This document shows positions 1-10,342 of a stretch of 64,000 nt of DNA, in pieces. This DNA is from an uncultured bacterium. GTDB lineage: Bacteria > Zixibacteria > MSB-5A5 > UBA10806. A program made the position numbers and the translations under genes. The notes under the pieces were generated by a model. That model ran no database searches. It was not told where the DNA came from and saw only the letters and a list, made by a program, of their open reading frames with translations. The first letter of the stretch is position 1. Each line of letters begins with the position of its first letter. The DNA lies in the NCBI GenBank assembly GCA_965541585.1, contig CBEUCH010000007.1, forward strand, positions 48,962 through 112,961, in the 5' to 3' direction.

Positions 1-472
1 CTTTGGATGATTCTTGACCTCCTCGGCTGCATTAGGGATGATCTCTATCTTCTCATCCGGCAAACCGCGCGACCTCACCTGGATTGCGGTAGCCTCGCTT
101 ACGCATACGATTTTGTCCAGATGCCAAAGCGCCCTCTGTAGTCTACGCTGATACCAGGGAATGGGCAGAACGATATCGAGGCCGTGAACAGTCGCCACGG
201 CTTTTTTCCTTGAATTGCGGCGTACCTGAGCGCCGACCAGGGCGGTGACAGCATCATCACAGTGTAACAGGGAGGCGCCGTTTCTTATGCATTTATAATA
301 AAAATAGGGAAAGTAGGCAGGGACTCCCCATTCCGGACCTTTCCATTGGATATTCTCTACTTCGAAAGAATCTTTCATGCCTTCAATCAACCGCGCGCTA
401 TGCCTCTGGACACCGCCGATTGAATCCGGGTGCTTTCGGGTCAGGAAGATTATATGATCCCTCTGCCTCATA
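1..472 (-). CDS. glycosyltransferase family 4 (group 1), N-terminal part; gene runs off the window start
   Basis: Reverse-strand translation from the ATG at 472 gives MRQRDHIIFLTRKHPDSIGGVQRHSARLIEG..., a GT4 N-terminal Rossmann domain. The frame stays open to position 1, so it is absent from the ORF track. Confidence 0.5.
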
Positions 473-702
473 CGCCTCCGTACAAAGGACTGCTCTGAGA
501 GCGGTTTGATAGCAATAGTGATTCTCCGATGCTATTTCCAGATGGCTGTGCCGATCTTGAATAACGTGATGATAACGATTTTCGAGTATTTTTTTTGAAT
601 CGTCTCATGAATCCTCACCTCGGCTAACTGCCATATATAAAGGATGTAAATTGAAAATTCAACCGATTATAAGAACTCATTTGTTATAATTGCCACAAGG
701 GC

Positions 703-1884
703 TCAGCTTGAGGGCCCTGAAATTATATCGGGGATATGACGACTTTTTTGCAATACTCTTTCAGTTTTGCGCTCTTCTATAAGCATCTCATAGCCTTGAA
801 ATAACCCGTGGTTGATCCGGTTCCAGTTTTTTTGCGATGCGAACTCCAGGGCTCCGGCAGCCATTGAATTTCTCAGAGATTCGTTGGTAAGGAGTGCCTC
901 CATCTTTTGCGCGAAATCTTCAGGATCGTTAGGTGCGGTTAAAAAGCCGGTTTCGCCGTCACGAATCAGGTCTCCGACTCCTCCCTCCGAAGCGCCTACG
1001 ACCGGCAGTCCGGAGGCGGCGGCCTCCAGGACGACGTTACCGAAAGATTCAGTTGTCGATGGGAATGCGAATATATCGGCCGAGGCGTATGCCCGGGAAA
1101 GCTGATCGCCCTGAAGATGACCGGCTAGAAAGGCATCAGGGGCTTCCTTCTCGATCTGCTTTCGCATCGGTCCGTCGCCGACAAAGACAAGCTTGTAAGC
1201 GACTTTTCTCTGAAGCAGGATCCGGTGCGCCTTCAGAAGAGTCTCAACATCCTTCTCCTTTACAAGCCGTCCGGTAAAAAGCGCCACCGGATCACCCTCC
1301 GGGGACCAGTGGTTTTTCAGGTCGCGATCGGCGAAAGATGGGGAGAAGCGGTCCGGATCTATCCCGCGTTCCCAGAGTTTTAGGTTTGCGAATCCTCTGG
1401 ATTTAAGTTCTCCTATGGTGGCCTCGGATGGGACAAAACAGTTATCGCCCATATTATAGAACCACCTCAAGAATCTCCAGCCATACGGTTCGAACCAGCC
1501 AAACCCGTAATATTTGAGATAGGATACGAATCTCGTATGAAATGAATTAACGGCAGGTATACCGGCCTCAGCGGCATACCGGTAGGCGAAAAATCCGAGG
1601 AAGAAAGGACTGCATATATGAACTATATCAGGAGCAAACTGCCTCAATGAGTATCTCAGATCGTGGAAAGCCGGCAAGGAAACCTTATATTTGGTGTATA
1701 ACGGAAAGGGGACCGAAAGAACATGCACAACTTTGCCGGCCCAAGCCTCATCCGTTGGCAAAAAAGGAGAAAAGAACATATAATCGACTCCCTCCGCTTC
1801 CAGAGATTTCTGGAGATAGGAAAGGGTGTGGCTTACACCGTCCACCAGCGGGGGAAGTGATTCTGTGAAGTAGGCAACCTTCAT
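703..1884 (-). CDS. glycosyltransferase family 4 (GT-B, group 1)
   Basis: 393 aa with a C-terminal FPSTTESFGNVVLEAAASGLPVV motif (the E-x7-E of retaining GT4 enzymes); YFTESLPPLVDGVSHTL at the N-terminus is typical of GT4. Confidence 0.8.
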   Translation of the reverse strand: MKVAYFTESLPPLVDGVSHTLSYLQKSLEAEGVDYMFFSPFLPTDEAWAGKVVHVLSVPFPLYTKYKVSLPAFHDLRYSLRQFAPDIVHICSPFFLGFFAYRYAAEAGIPAVNSFHTRFVSYLKYYGFGWFEPYGWRFLRWFYNMGDNCFVPSEATIGELKSRGFANLKLWERGIDPDRFSPSFADRDLKNHWSPEGDPVALFTGRLVKEKDVETLLKAHRILLQRKVAYKLVFVGDGPMRKQIEKEAPDAFLAGHLQGDQLSRAYASADIFAFPSTTESFGNVVLEAAASGLPVVGASEGGVGDLIRDGETGFLTAPNDPEDFAQKMEALLTNESLRNSMAAGALEFASQKNWNRINHGLFQGYEMLIEERKTERVLQKSRHIPDIISGPSS

Positions 1885-1920
1885 CGCTATTTTTGATCAT
1901 CCCGGCGACAGGGTCATCGA

Positions 1921-3009
1921 TTAATTCTTCAATCTCTCCATTCTTTGAATAACTCCCTTAATCAGGAAAGGCAAGACGATAGTGGCATCGGCCTTAACCT
2001 CTGCATAAGAGCCGCCCTCCGATTCGGGGAGGAATTTTGCCCAGGAAACGCCCTCCTTATACGAGCATCCGGAAAGCCCGCCCCAGTGATCCGGCTCCGG
2101 GCAAATCCGCACACCGCGGGAGTAGAATTTTGATGTTACCGGCATATTTTCAATGTGCATGAGATCGAAAAAGGGCGTGATTTGTTGAGCCCAATTGCGT
2201 GGAACTCCGCCACCAACCGTGAAAATGCTCAACGTTCCGTCGTGATTGTGAACTCTCCGGGCAAAATCATAAAGGTCCGCGAATGGGTTGAACGGCAGCG
2301 TAATCGTCTCATCGAAAGGACGGTTCTGGAAGCTCTCACTCGCCGCTAACATCCTCGTGAGTAGATCCAGACAGAGTTCGCTATCGGTAAATGCGGGAAC
2401 GTAAATGGGTATATCTGATTCAAAGGCCGCAGCCAGAATGCTGCGCTCATCGGGATATTTCTCCCGTATAATCCGGCCGAGGCGCCGGTGAAAATCCGCC
2501 GATCCGGCTGGTGGAGTTTTCTCGTCAAGCGAGGGTATCAGCCGTTCGAAATTCTCGTTAATCATCTTCTGAAGATGATCGAATGAGGTCTCAAGTTCTA
2601 TGGTATCATAAACACGGCACATCCCCTTGACGTACATTTCATCATCTGGCATATCAGGCGCTTTGTAATGGCTTTTCTCCATGCCCTCAATCAGGCCGTG
2701 AGTGATTAACGCGCCCGTACTGATCACTATATCGACGAGTTTTCTTTCAATCAATTCGCAGATGATCAGCCCTTGCTTGGCGACGGTAAGTGCTCCGCTT
2801 AGAGTCAGGATAGTGAGATCTCCCGGATCGCTGAACGTTTCGGTGAGAATCTCTGCCGCCTTGCCAAGCTGTCTTCCGCCAAAGGACGTTTTCTCCATAG
2901 CGGCCAGGGCCCGGTCGAAATCCTCTATTCCGGAGATATCAACAGGTTCCAACGCCTCCAAGTTTTCCCCGCTGACAAAATCTTTTTTGCTTCTATTTTT
3001 CTTTTTCAT
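1921..3009 (-). CDS. deoxyhypusine synthase family protein (DHS-like)
   Basis: IPIYVPAFTDSEL, TVGGGVPRNW and EGVSWAKF...IVLPFL align blockwise with eukaryotic/archaeal deoxyhypusine synthase (IPVFSPALTDGSL, ILGGGVVKHH, EAVSWGKI...LVFPLL). Confidence 0.8.
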   Translation of the reverse strand: MKKKNRSKKDFVSGENLEALEPVDISGIEDFDRALAAMEKTSFGGRQLGKAAEILTETFSDPGDLTILTLSGALTVAKQGLIICELIERKLVDIVISTGALITHGLIEGMEKSHYKAPDMPDDEMYVKGMCRVYDTIELETSFDHLQKMINENFERLIPSLDEKTPPAGSADFHRRLGRIIREKYPDERSILAAAFESDIPIYVPAFTDSELCLDLLTRMLAASESFQNRPFDETITLPFNPFADLYDFARRVHNHDGTLSIFTVGGGVPRNWAQQITPFFDLMHIENMPVTSKFYSRGVRICPEPDHWGGLSGCSYKEGVSWAKFLPESEGGSYAEVKADATIVLPFLIKGVIQRMERLKN

Positions 3010-3308
3010 TGTTCACGAAAAAACAATCGAGATTAATTTTATCGATTAACTGCAAGATAGTCCAACGGCTATGATCTTCACGGGGCGCAATAAAAGCCAT
3101 TATCGAGGTTGAATCAAGAAAAAACAATCCTCTCCTCCAGAGACTTCGCATAGCCTCCATCGCGGGGGGGGGTAAAAAATATCGAATCGGGAAAATATTC
3201 ATGGGCTGTTTGATCCGTTATGGTGTTTCCGGATGATCCGTACGGCTCGCCCCGCATGATTCCCTCCAAAAGAATTGACTGTGCCGGATATCTATCCTAC
3301 TTTACAGC

Positions 3309-5573
3309 ATGAACAGAGGGCTCTCTTACATTGTCTTCGGATGTTTCCTGATTAACGCCGGTATGGTGCGGAGCGAGGGTGATCTCAGATGGCCCATGAA
3401 ACTCCGGCCCGAACTGACATCGAGATTCTGTGACTATCGTGCGGGCCATTTCCATGCCGGCCTGGATATCCGCACAAAAGGGAAAACAGGTTATCGCGTC
3501 TATGCCGCAGGCGACGGCTATATCTACCGTATTACTACGTCGTTAAAGGGTTACGGCAGGGGGCTCTATCTAAAACTGGGGGATGGACGCATAGCTGTAT
3601 ACGGCCATCTTTTGAAGTTCGAAGATAAACTTAACGAAGAGGTTCGTAAATTGCAGATGAGCGAACGGCGCTATAATCAGAATCTCTTTTTCAAGCCCGA
3701 CGAATATCCTGTCAGGAAAGGCCAGGTAATTGGATATTCCGGTTCATCCGGCGCAAAAGCACCGCATCTTCATTTCGAAATTCGATCCGCCGGCAATAAT
3801 CCATTGAATCCCTTGAAATACGGTTTTCCAATTGAGGATAACCGGTCGCCGGTATTCGAAAAGTTGGCCGTTCGCCATTACAAAGCGGGATTTGTCCCCG
3901 GCAATCCCAGCGATATTGAAATAATTAATGTTGCCAGGGGAAGCGGCCCCGATGAGTATGTGATAGCGGACACCGTGGTCAGCGCCGAATATGTGGCGCT
4001 GGCTGTGTCTGGAGGAGATCGGATTGATGGCAAAAAATTCCAATACGGGTTCTACAGCCTGAAGCTTCTGGTGGATGACGATGTCTTATTCTCGATGATC
4101 TCCGACAGCATCACCTATGAGACTACCGGTCAGCTTGAATATATCCGCGACATGGATTTGACCGGAATAGTCGGCCATAAAAAAGATAAAGATAACGATG
4201 AGAACATCTTCTTTAAGCTTTATGTCCCGCCTAACAGTCGGCAGTATTTCTGGAGTGATCTCGGTTCCGGAGCCGGTGTCATACCTGCAGGCGACTCACC
4301 CGGCCGGATCAGGCATGTGCGGATTGTCGCCTCAGACGAGGCCGGTAATGAAGCGAATTTGCGATTCGTTCTGAAGACGCCTGAGTTAGCTCCACCGGGG
4401 CCGGAATTTGTTTCATATTATCGATTTGGCGATACCGTTATGGTGGATTTTATGACATTCGCCCGGGCAGATAACGCAAGGATGGAATACAGAAACTCAA
4501 ACAGCGATCAGTATAAGGATATAAATTGCTCTGTTTCTACCGGAACATTGAACAGTGGAAACGAAATCGCCTTTTTAAATACCCTGGTCGCGATTTCCCC
4601 GTATAGAAGCCGAGAATATCGTTTCGGCTTTTCCGACGTCGAGGGAAGCGTTTCGCCCTGGATATATTTTATCGACGGCGCCGGTAGAAAGAGGCTAAAT
4701 CTGGAAGGATCACCCGACCACCTCAAAATAGAATATTTCCCTGATTCGATATATGCCGATTTATCAATTCTATTGGTAAATCAGTCGAAGACCTGGACCA
4801 TGAAGATGAACCAGGCGGGGCTTCAAGCGTATAGCGTTGACCTTAAAGGATATGACCTCTCAGGGCTAACAGACTTTGTCATACGGGGGGGCCAATCGTA
4901 TCTCGTTGACTCGCTGATCGGATTAAATCCTGCGTATCCGGGGCGGAGGCTCAGTGCTTTTTCACCGGATTCAACCTTGACCGTTTCTTTTGATAAGAAT
5001 TCATCATTTTTCCCGGCTTATATTTTTCCATCCAATGGTTCCCGGGTGAACATATTCGGAGGCGAAGCAATAGGCTATGAAATCGCACCCGCAAATTTGA
5101 TCTCAGATTCTCCGATTAGATATACTTTCAATCTCGAACTTCTTGGCCTCACTGGAAAGAAAATCGGCGCCTACGGTTATGCCGCTCATAATGATGCCTG
5201 GGGATTTATCGGCAGAGGGGATGGCTCGAGGATCGAAGTGCAGGGAGGTGGGCTCGGGAGGGTGGCGCTGATAGAGGACAACGATCCTCCTTCCATAAGT
5301 TATATCAGGCCGAAAGGCAAAATTAAGGCTCGCAGGCCTATGCTATCATGCAAGATCAACGACAGTATCTCGGGGGTGGAATTAGATGGTGGATTGAGCA
5401 TGAAAATAGATGGTATCTGGGTACCCGCGGATTTTGATTTAGGTACAAAAAAGTTCGCCTATAAGGTAAGAAACAATCTGAGGCCGGGTCGACACAAACT
5501 TGAGATCGTGGCGTATGACAGGCAGGGCAACCGAAAGGTCGTGACTAAATATTTCACCATCCTGAGGAATTGA
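3309..5573 (+). CDS. M23 family metallopeptidase with signal peptide and a roughly 550-aa C-terminal extension
   Basis: HFHAGLDI ... GSSGAKAPHLHFEIR are the M23/LytM zinc-binding motifs; N-terminus is hydrophobic; the C-terminal two-thirds are unassigned. Confidence 0.8.
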   Translation: MNRGLSYIVFGCFLINAGMVRSEGDLRWPMKLRPELTSRFCDYRAGHFHAGLDIRTKGKTGYRVYAAGDGYIYRITTSLKGYGRGLYLKLGDGRIAVYGHLLKFEDKLNEEVRKLQMSERRYNQNLFFKPDEYPVRKGQVIGYSGSSGAKAPHLHFEIRSAGNNPLNPLKYGFPIEDNRSPVFEKLAVRHYKAGFVPGNPSDIEIINVARGSGPDEYVIADTVVSAEYVALAVSGGDRIDGKKFQYGFYSLKLLVDDDVLFSMISDSITYETTGQLEYIRDMDLTGIVGHKKDKDNDENIFFKLYVPPNSRQYFWSDLGSGAGVIPAGDSPGRIRHVRIVASDEAGNEANLRFVLKTPELAPPGPEFVSYYRFGDTVMVDFMTFARADNARMEYRNSNSDQYKDINCSVSTGTLNSGNEIAFLNTLVAISPYRSREYRFGFSDVEGSVSPWIYFIDGAGRKRLNLEGSPDHLKIEYFPDSIYADLSILLVNQSKTWTMKMNQAGLQAYSVDLKGYDLSGLTDFVIRGGQSYLVDSLIGLNPAYPGRRLSAFSPDSTLTVSFDKNSSFFPAYIFPSNGSRVNIFGGEAIGYEIAPANLISDSPIRYTFNLELLGLTGKKIGAYGYAAHNDAWGFIGRGDGSRIEVQGGGLGRVALIEDNDPPSISYIRPKGKIKARRPMLSCKINDSISGVELDGGLSMKIDGIWVPADFDLGTKKFAYKVRNNLRPGRHKLEIVAYDRQGNRKVVTKYFTILRN

Positions 5574-5576
5574 CGA

Positions 5577-6269
5577 ATGCTCCCGCTTAAAGATAACATC
5601 CCCACATCGAGGTTCCCTTTGGTCACGGTGGGCCTGATAGCGATCAACGTGATCATTTTTATTATAATCTATATCTTCGGCTTCGGGGGGAAAGAGCTGT
5701 TTCTCCGGTATGGCTTTGTTCCGTATAATGTTATCACTGCCGGAGGATGGAGCGGCGAGGGTCCTTTGATTGCGGGATTTAGCATCCTCAGCTCGCAGTT
5801 TCTGCATGGCGGATTGTTTCATATTGCGGGAAATATGCTCTTTTTATGGATATTCGGTAACAATATAGAGGATAGAATGGGAAGGATGAGATTTATCGCC
5901 TTCTATCTGCTCTGCGGAGTTGTCGGGGGAATCGCGCAGATTATTCCCGATCCCCGCTCCCTGGTTCCAGTGATCGGAGCGTCGGGAGCGGTGGCCGGCG
6001 TGATGGGGGCGTATCTGCTCGAATTCCCCAGGGCCAGGGTATTAACACTTATCTGGATACTGTTTTTTATTCGCCTGATATGGCTTCCGGCCTTTCTTAT
6101 TATCTTATATTGGATAGCACTCCAGGTTTTCTTTCAACTCAGTTCCGGCGGCCAGAACGGTGGAATAGCCTATATGGCTCATATCGGAGGCTTTGCGGCC
6201 GGGCTTGTTTTTTTCCGGTTATTCCTTCTTTTTGGCGGGAGGAAGGCTACCCTCTGGCGCGAAAAATGA
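5577..6269 (+). CDS. rhomboid family intramembrane serine protease
   Basis: Multi-pass membrane protein with a GASGAVAGVMGAY (GxSG) catalytic-Ser helix and a downstream AHIGGF His. Confidence 0.85.
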   Translation: MLPLKDNIPTSRFPLVTVGLIAINVIIFIIIYIFGFGGKELFLRYGFVPYNVITAGGWSGEGPLIAGFSILSSQFLHGGLFHIAGNMLFLWIFGNNIEDRMGRMRFIAFYLLCGVVGGIAQIIPDPRSLVPVIGASGAVAGVMGAYLLEFPRARVLTLIWILFFIRLIWLPAFLIILYWIALQVFFQLSSGGQNGGIAYMAHIGGFAAGLVFFRLFLLFGGRKATLWREK

Positions 6270-6310
6270 AATTGTCTTGATTGTCTCAAGGCGATTGATC
6301 TTATTAAGCC

Positions 6311-6595
6311 ATGAGCGATGAGCGTAAAAAGAGATGCGCAAAGTGCGGCAAGCGAATCAAAAAAGGCGGAGCGGCATATTGGCTGAAGGCAGAGCTTGTC
6401 TCTGCATTCGATGGTCATATCAATTTTGACGAAAAGACGGATCTTAAGGATTATATCGATAAGGTAAAAGTTGAGCTCGAGGGTCAATCGCCTGAGGAAA
6501 TCGAAGAGCAGATCTATAAGAAATTCGAATACCTGGTTTGCGTTAAATGCCGGGATGAACTTGATAGACTTTTATATGTAGAGGAAAACCGATGA
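6311..6595 (+). CDS. small zinc-ribbon protein (CxxC...CxxC), hypothetical
   Basis: 94 aa with CAKCGK near the N-terminus and CVKCRDEL near the C-terminus; the stop overlaps the dnaE start (ATGA). Confidence 0.5.
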   Translation: MSDERKKRCAKCGKRIKKGGAAYWLKAELVSAFDGHINFDEKTDLKDYIDKVKVELEGQSPEEIEEQIYKKFEYLVCVKCRDELDRLLYVEENR

Positions 6596-9500
6596 GCCTG
6601 GCGCAATTCGTTCATCTTCATAATCACACCCAGTATTCGCTGTTAGACGGTGCCTGCAGGATCGATGATATGCTGGAAACGGCGGCCAGGATGAAAATGC
6701 CGGCTTTAGCCATCACCGATCACGGCAATCTCTTCGGGGCCATTGAATTCTATATAAAAGCCAAGAAACACAGGGTCAAACCGATTATCGGCATCGAGGC
6801 TTATGTGGCTCCCGGGAGCCGGTTCGAGCGTTCAGGCATGAAAGGATTTACCGAATCGGGATTTCATCTGGTGCTTCTGGCGAAAAACCTGACCGGATAC
6901 AATAATCTCATAAAACTGAGCACGGCCAGCTATCTGGAAGGTTTTTATCGTAAGCCACGAATGGATAAGGAAATTCTCAAAGAACATGGCGACGGTCTCA
7001 TAGCGCTGTCAGCCTGCCTGCAGGGAGAGGTGGCGCGTAATATTTATAACGATAGATACGATGAAGCCGAAAGAACTGTGAGGGAATATCTCGATATATT
7101 CGGCATGGATAATTACTTTCTGGAACTTCAGAATCACGATCTTCCGGAAGAGGCCAAGACAGCCGCCGCTGTAAAGGAGATAGCATCGAAATTAGGTGTG
7201 GGATTGGTCGCCACCAATGATTGCCATTATATGAAGCGGGAGCACAGTGCAGCCCACGATGCTCTCCTGTGCATTCAGACGGGTAAACTGCTCTCCGACA
7301 CTGACCGCATGAAATATACTACAGACCAGATATATTTCAAATCGGCAGAGGAGATGGCACAGTTATTTTCGGATACCCCGGAGGCGATAGACAATACTCT
7401 GAGGATAGCAGAAGGTTGCAGCCTGGATATCGAATTGTACAAAAACAAAGTTCCCACGTTTCCTCTGCCGGAAGGATTCGAATCGCCTGAGAAATATCTG
7501 AGATATCTCTGTGAAATAGGCCTTCAGAAGAGATACCCTAAGGTAACATCGAGTCTCCAGGAGCGTCTCGACTACGAAATCGGGGTCATCAACAAAATGG
7601 GATACGCCGGCTATTTCCTGATAGTGCGCGATTTTGTAGAATTTGCCCGCAATCGCGGTATAAGGGTTGGACCGGGTCGAGGTTCTGCCGCGGGATCGAT
7701 CGTCAGTTATTGTCTTAGCATCACCAACCTCGATCCCATGGAATACGGTTTGCTTTTCGAGCGATTCTTGAATCCTGAGAGGATCAGCATGCCCGATATC
7801 GATATCGACTTCGCCGATCGCGGGCGCGACGAGGTGATCGATTACGTTACGAACAAATACGGTCGAGAAAGCGTCGCCCAGATAATTACGTTCGGCAGTA
7901 TGGCGGCTCGGGCTGTGGTCAGGGACGTCGGCCGGGTGATGTCGATGCCATATGCCGAGGTCGACGCTATCGCCAAAATGATCCCCTTTGAAGTGGATAT
8001 GACTCTCGAAAAGGCATTGAACAGAAAGGATTCCGAACTTGGCCGCCGCTATAAAGATGAAGAGGACATCAAGACTTTGATAGAATACTCTCGTGTGCTG
8101 GAGGGTCTCTCGCGGCATGCCTCGACTCACGCGGCAGGAGTTGTGATCGCGCCCGGCCCCATAACCGATTATGCTCCTCTTTATAAATCAAGCAAAGATG
8201 AGATCACTACCCAGTATGATATGAGGTGGATAGAGGCCATCGGGCTCTTAAAGATGGATTTTCTGGGGCTCCGAACATTGACGGTGATCGACGATTGCCT
8301 GAAACTGTTGAAAAAACGCGATATTAAAATCGATATAGACAAGATTACTCTTACCGACCCGGAGGTCTATAAGCTATTCGCCAAGGCGGAGACGATCGGC
8401 ATATTCCAGTTTGAATCGGGGGGAATGCGGGATTACCTCAAAAAGTTAAAGCCAACCAGGCTCGAGGATCTCACCGCCATGAACGCACTGTATCGCCCGG
8501 GGCCGCTGGATGCCAGAATGATAGATACTTATATCGAGTGCAAGTATGGAGAAAAAGAGATTAAATATGCGCATCCACTCCTGGAAACGATCTTGAAGCA
8601 AACTTACGGTGTTATCGTTTTTCAGGAACAGGTTCTGAAGATCGCACGGGAATTGGCAGGGTATACTCTCGGCGAGGCCGACATTCTTCGCAAGGCCATG
8701 GGGAAGAAACAAGCGGACGTCATGGCCGAACAAAAAGGCAAATTCATCAAGGGTGCGAAGGAAAGAGGTATTAAAGAGTCTGTGGCCGGGAAAATCTTCG
8801 ATCAAATTGAAACCTTCGGGCGATACGGTTTTGTAAAAGCCCATTCGGCCAGCTACGCTTATATCGCCTTTCAGACCGCGCACCTGAAGGTCCACTATCC
8901 GGTTGAGTTCATGGCAGCCCTGATGACATCTGAAATGTCCGATACCTCCAGAATCATGGAATTGAGAAATGAGTGCCAGCGGATGGGGATGGAAATGAAG
9001 ACCCCCGATATCAATCGTGGCGAGGGAGCGTTTTCTGTCGATGGCGAAACTATATTATTCGGATTGACGGCGGTTAAGAACGTGGGCGCCGGGGCCGTTT
9101 CGTCTATAGTTAAAGGCCGCGAGGAGGGGGGCGATTTCGAGGATCTTTTCGATTTCTGCACCCGCGTCGATCTGCGGCTGGTAAACAAAAAGACCATTGA
9201 GAATCTGGTCATGTCGGGTGCCATGGACAACCTGGGGCAAAACAGGGCAACATTGATGGGAGGTGTGGAAATGGCCATCTCTCACGGATCAGCAATTCAG
9301 AGAGAAATAGAGAGTGGACAATCCACTTTATTCGGAGAAATGGACACTTCGTCCGCACCAAAGCATAAACTTCCGGATGCTCAACCCTGGTCGGAAGCGG
9401 AGATCCTGGCCAGGGAAAAGGAATCCCTGGGATACTGGATATCAGGGCATCCTATCGACCCTCATAGACATATTTATGAATGTTTTGTCGACTTGAGCCT

Positions 9501-10038
9501 GGCAGATCTCGCCAAAGCCACAGACGGTCGCAAGGCCACCGTGGGTGGGGTATTGACGAAGGTGAAAATCCAGACCAGCAGCAGAGGAAACCTCTTTGCA
9601 ATTCTAACCCTGGAAGATTATTCCGGACCGGGGGGGGAGGTTCTGATTTTCTCAGATATTGTTGAGAAGAGAAGAATGATCCTGACCGAAGGCAACACTG
9701 TAATAGTCTTTGGCACTGTAACAGTTCGTGAGGGAGAAAAACCGAAAATAAGGGGCGATGATCTGACTCTCATGTCGGCGGCACCCCGGGAATATGCCAC
9801 TGCACTTGAGGTTACCCTGGCCGATGATATTGAAGAGAATATTCCGGAAGTTATTGAAAAACACTTCTCCCAGAATGCCGGAAACAGCGAGATCCATATC
9901 CATTATACCGGGAACAGCCGTAAGGTCGTTTTCAAATCAACCAGATACAGGGTTAACCCGTCATCCCAACTTCTTGAAAGGCTCAAGGGAATTCTAGGCC
10001 TGGATAGAGTCAGGCTTATCAGATTGAGGGGCAGATAG
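6592..10038 (+). CDS. dnaE: DNA polymerase III alpha subunit
   Basis: 1148 aa; N-terminal PHP domain FVHLHNHTQYSLLDGA, ITDHGNLFG and colinear PolIIIa core motifs. Confidence 0.97.
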   Translation: MSLAQFVHLHNHTQYSLLDGACRIDDMLETAARMKMPALAITDHGNLFGAIEFYIKAKKHRVKPIIGIEAYVAPGSRFERSGMKGFTESGFHLVLLAKNLTGYNNLIKLSTASYLEGFYRKPRMDKEILKEHGDGLIALSACLQGEVARNIYNDRYDEAERTVREYLDIFGMDNYFLELQNHDLPEEAKTAAAVKEIASKLGVGLVATNDCHYMKREHSAAHDALLCIQTGKLLSDTDRMKYTTDQIYFKSAEEMAQLFSDTPEAIDNTLRIAEGCSLDIELYKNKVPTFPLPEGFESPEKYLRYLCEIGLQKRYPKVTSSLQERLDYEIGVINKMGYAGYFLIVRDFVEFARNRGIRVGPGRGSAAGSIVSYCLSITNLDPMEYGLLFERFLNPERISMPDIDIDFADRGRDEVIDYVTNKYGRESVAQIITFGSMAARAVVRDVGRVMSMPYAEVDAIAKMIPFEVDMTLEKALNRKDSELGRRYKDEEDIKTLIEYSRVLEGLSRHASTHAAGVVIAPGPITDYAPLYKSSKDEITTQYDMRWIEAIGLLKMDFLGLRTLTVIDDCLKLLKKRDIKIDIDKITLTDPEVYKLFAKAETIGIFQFESGGMRDYLKKLKPTRLEDLTAMNALYRPGPLDARMIDTYIECKYGEKEIKYAHPLLETILKQTYGVIVFQEQVLKIARELAGYTLGEADILRKAMGKKQADVMAEQKGKFIKGAKERGIKESVAGKIFDQIETFGRYGFVKAHSASYAYIAFQTAHLKVHYPVEFMAALMTSEMSDTSRIMELRNECQRMGMEMKTPDINRGEGAFSVDGETILFGLTAVKNVGAGAVSSIVKGREEGGDFEDLFDFCTRVDLRLVNKKTIENLVMSGAMDNLGQNRATLMGGVEMAISHGSAIQREIESGQSTLFGEMDTSSAPKHKLPDAQPWSEAEILAREKESLGYWISGHPIDPHRHIYECFVDLSLADLAKATDGRKATVGGVLTKVKIQTSSRGNLFAILTLEDYSGPGGEVLIFSDIVEKRRMILTEGNTVIVFGTVTVREGEKPKIRGDDLTLMSAAPREYATALEVTLADDIEENIPEVIEKHFSQNAGNSEIHIHYTGNSRKVVFKSTRYRVNPSSQLLERLKGILGLDRVRLIRLRGR

Positions 10039-10342
10039 TCCACTTTTGATCTGACGCCGGGTTTACATAATCTATAAGTACATCACCTTGAAAGATCTTT
10101 CTTACCGGTCATGATCTGCAGGAAACAAAGATCGGTGAATTGTGGTTTCTTTTAACAACATGTATGCACGTATGAAGGACAGAAAGAAAGGATTGCTTTT
10201 CGCCGGGCTTGTATTATCTTGATTCTTGAATTGGCGTTGATGCGTTTAAGTCTTCGACAGAAGCTTCGATTCAGCCCTTGGAATTCGAGCCGATAAGGAA
10301 CTAAATGGCTCAATCCCGGCGTATAATTTAAGAAAGTGGAAT

